Part shown: piece after piece, positions 31,237-38,639 of the stretch
Position numbering within the stretch: the stretch's first letter is position 1
Layout of the letters: the number at the start of each line of letters is the position of its first letter
Source: a virus
IMG/VR virus record: IMGVR_UViG_3300025598_000030
Coordinates: 20,181-84,180 of that record
Direction: 5' to 3' (one strand)
DNA: 64,000 nucleotides
Program-made: the position numbers and the translations under genes
The notes under the pieces: model-generated
What the model saw: the letters and a program-made list of their open reading frames with translations, nothing else
Databases searched by the model: none
Told to the model about the DNA's origin: nothing

Positions 31237-32250
31237 ATGTCACTATTTAAAAAAGTAGCAGCCTTTACAGATCTACACGTCGGTCTCAAGGGTAATAGTC
31301 AATTACACCTGCAAGATTGCGAAGAATTTGTAGATTGGTTTATTGAAAAGGCCAAAGATGCCGGTTGCGATACTGGCATCTTTTTAGGTGACTGGCATCA
31401 TCAGAGAAATTCAATCAATCTAATCACTTTAGATACTAGTGTACGTCTTTTAGAAAAACTCGGAAAAGCTTTTGACCAATTTATTTGGTTTCCCGGCAAC
31501 CATGATTTATTTTTTAGAGATAAACGTGATGTACATAGTTCTTCCTTCGGACGTCATATTCCTGGAGTGACTGTTATCGATACTGTTACTACTATCGATG
31601 ATGTCACTTTAGTTCCATGGCTAGTTAAAGAAGAGTGGAAATCTATTTCAAAATCTAAAAGTAGGTATGTTTTCGGCCATCTCGAATTGCCTACATTTAT
31701 GATGAATGCTATGGTTGCAGCTCCAGACCACGGATTATTGCAGCCTACTCATTTCCGTAATCAGGAACTAGTGTTTAGTGGACATTTCCATAAACGTCAA
31801 AATCAAGGAAAGATTTGGTATATCGGTAATGCGTTTCCACATGATTTTGCCGATTCGTGGGACGATGAAAGAGGAATGATGATTATGGAATGGGGTAGAA
31901 CTCCTGAATTCCACGCTTGGACCGATGCTCCTAAATATCGTTCGATCAAACTCAGTCAACTGATAGAAGATAAAGATAACATTTTAAAATCTAAGATGTA
32001 TCTCAAAGTTACAGCTGATGTAGAATTAAATTACGAAGAAGCTATCTTTCTAAAAGAGAGTTTTATGGCTGATGAAAATGTGAGAGAATTTAGTATGGTT
32101 AGAGATCGTATTAGCTTAGAAGGAGTTGAAGAAACACCAACTGAAGCTACAATACAAAGTGTAGATCAAATTGTAACACAAGAATTACTTAACATTTCAA
32201 GCGAACAGTTTAGTTCGGCAACATTATTGGATATTTGGCAACGTCTATGA
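31237..32250 (+). CDS. Recombination nuclease, gp47/SbcD/Mre11 family
   Basis: Metallophosphoesterase motifs DLH, GDWHH, GNHD, GHLE and SGHFH. Confidence 0.93.
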   Translation: MSLFKKVAAFTDLHVGLKGNSQLHLQDCEEFVDWFIEKAKDAGCDTGIFLGDWHHQRNSINLITLDTSVRLLEKLGKAFDQFIWFPGNHDLFFRDKRDVHSSSFGRHIPGVTVIDTVTTIDDVTLVPWLVKEEWKSISKSKSRYVFGHLELPTFMMNAMVAAPDHGLLQPTHFRNQELVFSGHFHKRQNQGKIWYIGNAFPHDFADSWDDERGMMIMEWGRTPEFHAWTDAPKYRSIKLSQLIEDKDNILKSKMYLKVTADVELNYEEAIFLKESFMADENVREFSMVRDRISLEGVEETPTEATIQSVDQIVTQELLNISSEQFSSATLLDIWQRL

Positions 32251-34037
32251 CAAACATTGAACTCGAAAGTATGACACTCAAGAATTTTATGAGTGTCGGT
32301 AATCAAACACAATCTATAAATTTTAAAAGCGACTGTTTAACCTTAGTATTAGGAACAAATCTTGACCTCGGAGGTGAAGATACAGGTAGTCGAAATGGAA
32401 CAGGCAAGACTACTATGATTAATGGATTGAGTTATCTTTTTTTCGGAGAGGCATTATCTCGAATTAAGAAAGAAAACTTAATTAACAAAACTAACGGCAA
32501 GAATTTGTTAGCTACTGGATCATTTAAAATCAACGGTGTTCAATATAGGATCGAACGTGGCCGAAAGCCAACATTTCTTAAACTTTATATTAACGATAAA
32601 GAACATGTTGGCCGAGATAATGAAGAATCTCAAGGCGATAGTAGAGAAACTCAAAAATATATAGAAAATCTAGTCGGTATGAGTCATACTATGTTTAAAC
32701 ATATTGTTGCTCTCAATACCTACACCGAGCCATTCCTTAGTTTAAAAGCTGCTGATCAGCGCGAAGTTATCGAAGAGCTTATCGGTAGTACAATGTTAAG
32801 TACTAAAGCCGAATCATTGAGATTGTTAATTAAGGAAACTAAAGATGCTATCACTACTGAACAAATAAAAATTGATAGTGTTAAAAATGCTAATGAGGGT
32901 ATACAACGCAGTATCAATTCATTAATTGCAAAGCGTGACTTATGGAACAAAAAGCAAGAAAAGGATCTTGAAGATTATGCTGCAGCGATTGCCGAATTAG
33001 AAAGTTTGGATATTTCTGCGGAACTCCAATTACATAACGATTTAAAAGTATGGAAAGATAATAATACTCAGTTACAGAATTTGAAGAAGCAAAAAGCTGG
33101 TTCGGATTCGTCATTGATACAAGCTGATAGAAATGTCAAAAGATATACTAATGAATTAGAAAAATTAGCAGACAATAAGTGCCCTCAATGTGATCAAGAT
33201 TTGCATAATGATACACATGTCACTTTAATTGCCAATACAGAGAAAAATTTATCTGATGCTGTTGATTATTATAATACTGTAAAGAGCAATATCGATGAAT
33301 TAACTTTGCAAATTAATGCAATCGGTGATATCGGAGTATGTCCTAAGACCTTTTATTCTACTGAGGCAGAAGCGTTAGGACATCAAAATCAATTAATGAA
33401 TTTAGAGAAAGCATTAATTGATTGTAGTAATCAGGTAAATCCATATACAGATCAAATTGAAGAGCTAGAAAAAACTGCCTTACAGTCTATTTCTTGGGAT
33501 AAGATCAATGAATTAACGAAATTAAAAGAGCATCAAGACTTTTTACTTAAACTATTAACTAACAAGGATAGTTTTATCCGTAAAAAGATTATCGATCAAA
33601 ATCTTGCACATCTTAATCATAGACTTAGCTATTATTTGGATAGATTGAAACTTCCGCATTTAGTTAAATTTAAAAATGATTTAGAAGTAGAGATTACAGA
33701 TTTTGGTAAAGACCTAGACTTCGACAATTTATCTAGAGGCGAACGTAATAGACTTATTTTAAGTATGAGTTTTGCTTTTAGAGATGTTTGGGAAAGTCTA
33801 TACCAAAGCGTTAACTTGTTATTTGTCGACGAGTTAATGGATTCGGGAATGGACTCTGCCGGTGTTGAAGCAGGACTAAGACTGTTAAAACAAATGGCTA
33901 GAGAAGGTGGTAAAAACATTTACTTGATTTCTCATAAAGATGAACTGGTTAGTAGAGTTGACAGTATCTTAAGGGTAGTTAAAGAAAATGGATTTACTTC
34001 TTATTCAAATTCAACCGAGCCAGTAGGACTATTATGA
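32247..34037 (+). CDS. Recombination ATPase, gp46/SbcC/Rad50 family
   Basis: Walker A NGTGKTT, coiled coil with CPQC zinc hook, LSRGE signature, LLFVDE Walker B and ISH. The ATG at 32247 overlaps the gp47 stop (ATGA). Confidence 0.93.
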   Translation: MTNIELESMTLKNFMSVGNQTQSINFKSDCLTLVLGTNLDLGGEDTGSRNGTGKTTMINGLSYLFFGEALSRIKKENLINKTNGKNLLATGSFKINGVQYRIERGRKPTFLKLYINDKEHVGRDNEESQGDSRETQKYIENLVGMSHTMFKHIVALNTYTEPFLSLKAADQREVIEELIGSTMLSTKAESLRLLIKETKDAITTEQIKIDSVKNANEGIQRSINSLIAKRDLWNKKQEKDLEDYAAAIAELESLDISAELQLHNDLKVWKDNNTQLQNLKKQKAGSDSSLIQADRNVKRYTNELEKLADNKCPQCDQDLHNDTHVTLIANTEKNLSDAVDYYNTVKSNIDELTLQINAIGDIGVCPKTFYSTEAEALGHQNQLMNLEKALIDCSNQVNPYTDQIEELEKTALQSISWDKINELTKLKEHQDFLLKLLTNKDSFIRKKIIDQNLAHLNHRLSYYLDRLKLPHLVKFKNDLEVEITDFGKDLDFDNLSRGERNRLILSMSFAFRDVWESLYQSVNLLFVDELMDSGMDSAGVEAGLRLLKQMAREGGKNIYLISHKDELVSRVDSILRVVKENGFTSYSNSTEPVGLL

Positions 34038-34339
34038 TAAACAAGTATATAGAATTACATGAAAAATTTATGGAATTACTCGCAGAGTATCATAATAATC
34101 ACATTTATTTTATAAGGAAGCCGAATACTTATACGTTGCGATTAGTTGCAAAAACGATGAGAGAGCTAAAAAGGCTCACTCGTGAAATGAAAGTTAACAA
34201 CGTAGAACTTAGTCGTACTTTATTAGAAGAAAAAAGAAAAAGTGTGATAGAAAATAAAATACAAAAGGAGATGAGGAAAAATGAGCGACTTAAACGAATC
34301 AACAGTCAATACGACGGAACAGATGGTAACAACACTTAA
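34034..34339 (+). CDS. Small basic helical protein, possible diverged paralogue of the next gene
   Basis: ATGA-coupled to gp46; residue register similar to 34281..34496. Confidence 0.55.
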   Translation: MINKYIELHEKFMELLAEYHNNHIYFIRKPNTYTLRLVAKTMRELKRLTREMKVNNVELSRTLLEEKRKSVIENKIQKEMRKNERLKRINSQYDGTDGNNT

Positions 34340-34496
34340 GACATATGTAGATGAAAATAGTAAGTTTATAAATGGAAATTCAGCGGCAGGAACCCGTGCA
34401 CGTAAGGCGTTAGCCGAACTTGGCAAACTAGTAAAAGCTCGACGTAATGAAATTACTGCCGAAAAGAATGCACGTAAAATTAATAAAGTAAATTAA
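34281..34496 (+). CDS. Histone H1-like (Hc1-family) small DNA-binding protein
   Basis: GNSAAGTRARKALAELGKL motif; Shine-Dalgarno-like GAGG upstream. Confidence 0.7.
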   Translation: MSDLNESTVNTTEQMVTTLKTYVDENSKFINGNSAAGTRARKALAELGKLVKARRNEITAEKNARKINKVN

Positions 34497-34499
34497 TTA

Positions 34500-35453
34500 A
34501 TGAAAGTACTATTTCACACCCATACTCCTTGTTATTTAGGAACGACCGTTTCTGTAATGAACTATGCAAGATATAATCAAGAAGTATTAGGTAATGAGAG
34601 CATTATTTGCTATAATCATGATTTTAAGGGAGAAATGATCAATGGTAACCTTGATAAAGATGTGCTAAAAAAATGGACTGATATATGTGAAGTTAGAAGC
34701 ACCACTGATGGAAACTATAATGATGTCTGTAAAGATGTCGATGTTGCATATTTTCAAAGAAGTGGCGAGCCAGAACCATTACCGAATACTGCTAGAACTG
34801 CTATTCATGCTGTTTTTCAACTTAACACCCCACATGGTGATCGATATGCATATATTTCGGAATGGTTATCTAAAAAAGTAACCGGCGGTGTTGCACCTTG
34901 GGTTCCATATATAGTGCAGATGCCGAAGCCTAATCAAGATATGAGAGAATTTTTCGGTATTCCTAAAGATAAAATCATTATCGGTAGATTAGGAAGTTGG
35001 AATATTTTTGTCGACGGAATGGAATGGGCATGTCAAGCTATTGTTAATATTGTAAACAAACGGAATGATATTGTTTTCCTATTAGTCAATACTAAAAAGT
35101 TTTACGAACATCCTAATATCATTTATGTAAATGGGATTGCAGATGAACAAATAAAATCTAATTTTATAAACACATGTGATGCAATGATACACTCTAGATG
35201 GCAAGGAGAAAGTTTCGGAATGGCTATCTGCGAATTTCTATTTCATAATAAGCCAGTACTATCATGGAACGGAGGAGTCGATCAGCATCATATCGATCTT
35301 CTAAAAGATACCGGATTATTGTATAATAGCACCGCTGATTTAGAGAATAAATTAGATAATATTAAATCGTTTAATGGCGATTATCATAAAATTGTCGAAA
35401 AATTTAATCCTAATAATGTAATGCAGCAGTTTAAATCAGTATTTTTAGATTGA
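34500..35453 (+). CDS. Glycosyltransferase, GT-B fold (GT4/group 1-like)
   Basis: CDAMIHSRWQGESFGMAICEF contains the E-x7-E motif; also REFFGIPKD...IGRLG. Confidence 0.85.
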   Translation: MKVLFHTHTPCYLGTTVSVMNYARYNQEVLGNESIICYNHDFKGEMINGNLDKDVLKKWTDICEVRSTTDGNYNDVCKDVDVAYFQRSGEPEPLPNTARTAIHAVFQLNTPHGDRYAYISEWLSKKVTGGVAPWVPYIVQMPKPNQDMREFFGIPKDKIIIGRLGSWNIFVDGMEWACQAIVNIVNKRNDIVFLLVNTKKFYEHPNIIYVNGIADEQIKSNFINTCDAMIHSRWQGESFGMAICEFLFHNKPVLSWNGGVDQHHIDLLKDTGLLYNSTADLENKLDNIKSFNGDYHKIVEKFNPNNVMQQFKSVFLD

Positions 35454-35878
35454 TGACTTGGTTCTATCAAGGACAAATAGTTACTGAACTTCCTGAGACC
35501 TGTGTTGGTTTTATATATCTTATTACTAACACTATCTCAGGACGTATGTATATTGGCAAAAAACTGGCAAAATTTTCAAAAACAAAATATAAAACAGTTA
35601 AACTTAAAAACGGCAAAAAGAAACGTAAAAAAATCAAAGGCACAATAGAATCAGATTGGCAAACATATTACGGTTCCAGTGATGAACTTAATCGAGATAT
35701 AGAAAAATTAGGCAAAGAAAACTTTCAAAGAGAAATATTACATTATTGTAATAGCAAGGCACAAACTTCATACTTAGAAGCAAAAGAACAATTTGACCGG
35801 CGCGTGTTAGAATCCACTGAATATTACAATGGTCATATACGTGTTAGAGTCCACGGCTCACATATACTCAAAAAATAA
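35453..35878 (+). CDS. Stand-alone GIY-YIG family endonuclease (141 aa)
   Basis: GFIYLITN...MYIGKK, YYGSS, FQREIL, E...YYN motifs; ATG overlaps the glycosyltransferase stop (TGATG). Confidence 0.85.
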   Translation: MTWFYQGQIVTELPETCVGFIYLITNTISGRMYIGKKLAKFSKTKYKTVKLKNGKKKRKKIKGTIESDWQTYYGSSDELNRDIEKLGKENFQREILHYCNSKAQTSYLEAKEQFDRRVLESTEYYNGHIRVRVHGSHILKK

Positions 35879-35885
35879 GGCAAAA

Positions 35886-36245
35886 TAAGCAGTAAGGCTA
35901 GCATCGGCTGATATCGGATGCCCATGATAACCACACGAAAGTGATGGGGACGGAAGACTCTGCGCTGCACAGAGGACTCAACTACTATCCTTAACAGGAC
36001 GAGGATCGCGAATTGCTGCGGTTTAGTTGCTTAAGAAAAGAATTCAGGCACAAAGAAGGGAGAAAAACCCTACGTTGTTACATAAGACTAGCGTTTGTGT
36101 AATAGCCGCCGTCATATAAAGACGCTGCTCGAGGTACCGGATGACCGCCTCTGTAATGCAGTAACGCTAGTGGCTGTGATACTCAGATAATCTACAGTTT
36201 TTTGCCCGGCAACGGGCAAAGCATGGCTGCTTTATCTAGATAATC
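35886..36245 (+). ncRNA. Candidate large structured non-coding RNA (family not recognised)
   Basis: GC-enriched gap with no credible ORF. It holds many stems, GAAA and GCAA tetraloops, G-U pairs favouring the plus strand, a long-range closing helix (35886-96 with 36022-33) and a 9-bp loop/distal complementarity (36087-95 with 36163-71). Confidence 0.65.
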
Positions 36246-36261
36246 ATTAAAAAAAAGAAAA

Positions 36262-36309
36262 TGCTTCGAGCTGATAAGCGAAGAAGCAGGTGAGCTCTTG
36301 CTCACCTTT
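36262..36309 (+). terminator. Tandem hairpins ending the non-coding element (terminator or DNA hairpins)
   Basis: TGCTTC...GAAGCA (36262-88), then the perfect AGGTGAGC-TCTT-GCTCACCT (36288-307). The T tail is short. Confidence 0.45.
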
Positions 36310-36312
36310 CGC

Positions 36313-36319
36313 ATAAATA
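36313..36319 (+). promoter_or_regulatory. Putative late promoter ATAAATA
   Basis: Motif 21 nt upstream of ATG 36341. Confidence 0.55.
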
Positions 36320-36340
36320 AATTATAGTGTGGAAAAATAA

Positions 36341-37489
36341 ATGAGATTAACTGATGTATTATCGAAAAATGAGTTAAGAACTTTAAGAGAAGCAGATAAT
36401 GCGCTAGTACCTGCAGGTGGAAGAAAAATAACAGGTGGAGCAATAGTACCTGCAAATAAAGCAAATGATCCTCGTTCCGGAGAATTCCTTGGAGGAAGTT
36501 CTACAAATCCATCAGGCAATCAAAGTAATATGCAGTATCAAGTGCCTAATACTCAGAATCCTAACGGAATTAATCCGGCTAACTGGTTTAAACCTCAAAA
36601 TCCTAATGCTGTAAAGATTAATCAAACTCCACCACCTGGTCAAACAACTCAAGCAGGTCCTACTGGGGCAACTCCACCACCTGGTCAAACAACTCAAGCA
36701 GGTCCTACTGGGGCAACAACAACTCCGAATACGCCAACAGGAATTACAGGGCCTGCGGGAACAACCCCACCGCCGCCTGGTCAAACAACTCAGCCTGCTA
36801 CAACTACAGCAGCAAATTCTGCAGCAGGACTTAATATGCCAAAAAGTGGGATTATGTCTAAAGCTGTTGGCAAAATTGCTACCGGTCTTGGAAAAGCAGT
36901 CGGAGGAGTTCAAGGTGCTGCTCAAGGTGCTAAATTAGCATTTAATCGAGGACAAAGTGCTGCGAGTGCTGCTGCAACTAGAAATGTTGCTCAAGCAGGT
37001 GGAATGAGTCCTGGTCAAATACGTTCAGCGCTTAATACACCGAAAGGATCAGCAACTCCTGGAGGTACTGCACCTAGTGCTAGTGGTACTAGAGGCGCAG
37101 CTGGTACAGCAGGAATAGGTAGTGGCGGAAGAGGATCTGGTGCTGCAGGTGCTGCAAGCGCCGGAGGTGCTTCAACTAATACTAGAACTGCCGGTACATC
37201 TGGTCCAGCAGGACGTAGCCCATTTCCGAATTTAGTAGGACAAGATTTTGATAGCACACACAATGTACCAGTCACTGCTGCAGGCGCTGCAAAATGGAAT
37301 GCAGAAAAAACTAAAACTCAACAAAACCTTGATTGGTTTACTCAAAAAGAAACTGCTGCTACTAGAGCAGGATATTTGCCGAATAAAAACACAGGAGTAT
37401 GGACAGCACCGGCAGCTTCTGGAACACAACCTACTGCCGAATCGGTAGAAGACATAATTAGATTAGCTAAACAACTAGCGGCTCGTTAA
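36341..37489 (+). CDS. Gly/Ala/Thr/Pro-rich low-complexity protein, possible internal head protein (382 aa)
   Basis: Late promoter motif upstream; N-terminal LREA and C-terminal ESVEDIIRLAK; largely disordered composition. Confidence 0.65.
   Translation: MRLTDVLSKNELRTLREADNALVPAGGRKITGGAIVPANKANDPRSGEFLGGSSTNPSGNQSNMQYQVPNTQNPNGINPANWFKPQNPNAVKINQTPPPGQTTQAGPTGATPPPGQTTQAGPTGATTTPNTPTGITGPAGTTPPPPGQTTQPATTTAANSAAGLNMPKSGIMSKAVGKIATGLGKAVGGVQGAAQGAKLAFNRGQSAASAAATRNVAQAGGMSPGQIRSALNTPKGSATPGGTAPSASGTRGAAGTAGIGSGGRGSGAAGAASAGGASTNTRTAGTSGPAGRSPFPNLVGQDFDSTHNVPVTAAGAAKWNAEKTKTQQNLDWFTQKETAATRAGYLPNKNTGVWTAPAASGTQPTAESVEDIIRLAKQLAAR
36626..36715 (+). repeat. 45-bp tandem repeat x2 (TPPPGQTTQAGPTGA)
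   Basis: Identical copies start at 36626 and 36671; a degenerate third copy lies near 36764. Confidence 0.9.
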
Positions 37490-37704
37490 AAGAACGGCAT
37501 CCCGCTTTTTTGAGTCGTTTCTAGATTAGATTCTATAATGTTACCGATAATTTTTCGATCATCTATATCCATATTATAAGCTTCGGAAATAGTAACACCT
37601 CCTCTCATAAACCAACATATCTTATATAGTTCATCTTTAAGGGCTTTTGAATCATTTTCCATATCTAGAACCAGTTGGTTTATCTCTTCTAGATCAAGAG
37701 ACAA
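37486..37704 (-). CDS. gp51-like baseplate hub / tail assembly protein; possibly reached by -1 frameshift
   Basis: ELYKICWFMRGGVTISEAYNMDIDDRKII pattern; TTG start with no clear Shine-Dalgarno; lies in the -1 frame of the upstream gene. Confidence 0.6.
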   Translation of the reverse strand: MSLDLEEINQLVLDMENDSKALKDELYKICWFMRGGVTISEAYNMDIDDRKIIGNIIESNLETTQKSGMPFF

Positions 37705-37709
37705 AAGCC

Positions 37710-38570
37710 TTATCCGAAAAAAGTTGAAGGATCGAATGTTAATGGAACTTCAACTTCCTCTGCAGAGCCAGCAGCAACCATTTCATCAGTGGCTTTAACA
37801 CGTAATGGCTTAATCGCAATATCATCTTTAAGCTTATCTAGATGATTTTTCACAGCATTGAAGATATTTTTATCGCAATTTTGCATAAATTCTGAAATAA
37901 ATTCACGTTCTGTTACAGAACCTGCAGTAGTATCAATACGATATATAGTATTTGATACTAGATCTAAAGTCATTTTTGTTAATTTATTGAAACTGTCCGC
38001 AAATAATTCTAATTTTTTATCTTCATCTATAGCTTTATCGTTAACTAAATTAATTATTCGTTGAGTTTCAAAGGATTCTGCACTAGCTTTTGATAGTTCT
38101 CTATAATTTAAAGGTCTTACATATATAACGAGATTAGAAGCTATTTCGATTCTTTCGTCCCATGCAGGCGCAGACACTAATTGTGCAAGAATATCTTTAA
38201 GATCTATACCGTATGTAGCATCTACGCCTTTAACTGTAACAGTTGTATCCATAAATTCGCCATAAGTTGCTAGCCTGATTGCAATTAATATAGCATCAAT
38301 GTCTGTCTGAGGACATTGCCACCCATCGAGTATGTTAGGAACACAGCTTTGAATCACATCAGCAACTGCTTGCCCATTAAGTAATGCATCTGGAGTTTTT
38401 AAAATCAACTCATCTCTAGCAGTCATAGAATATACAGGATATTCGTTTGTAGGGGTACGTTGCAAAGACCCGTCGGGCCAATACTTTCCTTGACTAGGTA
38501 AAGTAATATAAATCTTAGGTTGTCTCATTAATCCTAATAATGGATTAGTTTTTTGTGGAGGAATCTGCAT
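37710..38570 (-). CDS. Baseplate hub assembly chaperone, gp26-like (286 aa)
   Basis: PKIYITLPSQG, MTARDELILK and DIDAILIAIRLATYGE motifs; ends in FFG. Confidence 0.8.
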   Translation of the reverse strand: MQIPPQKTNPLLGLMRQPKIYITLPSQGKYWPDGSLQRTPTNEYPVYSMTARDELILKTPDALLNGQAVADVIQSCVPNILDGWQCPQTDIDAILIAIRLATYGEFMDTTVTVKGVDATYGIDLKDILAQLVSAPAWDERIEIASNLVIYVRPLNYRELSKASAESFETQRIINLVNDKAIDEDKKLELFADSFNKLTKMTLDLVSNTIYRIDTTAGSVTEREFISEFMQNCDKNIFNAVKNHLDKLKDDIAIKPLRVKATDEMVAAGSAEEVEVPLTFDPSTFFG

Positions 38571-38583
38571 ATTTTTAACTCCG

Positions 38584-38620
38584 ATAAATAATTAATAGCG
38601 TGCATATTATTTATATGCAC
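38584..38620. promoter_or_regulatory. Face-to-face late promoters with inverted repeat
   Basis: ATAAATA on plus (38584-90), TATAAATA on minus (38615-08), and the inverted repeat GTGCATAT-n5-ATATGCAC (38600-20). Confidence 0.6.
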
Positions 38621-38639
38621 AGATAACTGAGGCCTTACG

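Noticed and set aside
35886-36245. Group I/II intron, hammerhead, twister, tmRNA or RNase P identity for the structured region
   Set aside because: GAATTGCTG and GACTAG faintly recall group I elements, but I found no S element, no interrupted host gene, no domain V, no CUGAUGA core and no tRNA-like ends.
36192-36519. Minus-strand ORFs of 90 and 65 aa across the non-coding region
   Set aside because: Low-complexity translations that overlap the 36341 gene and the hairpins.
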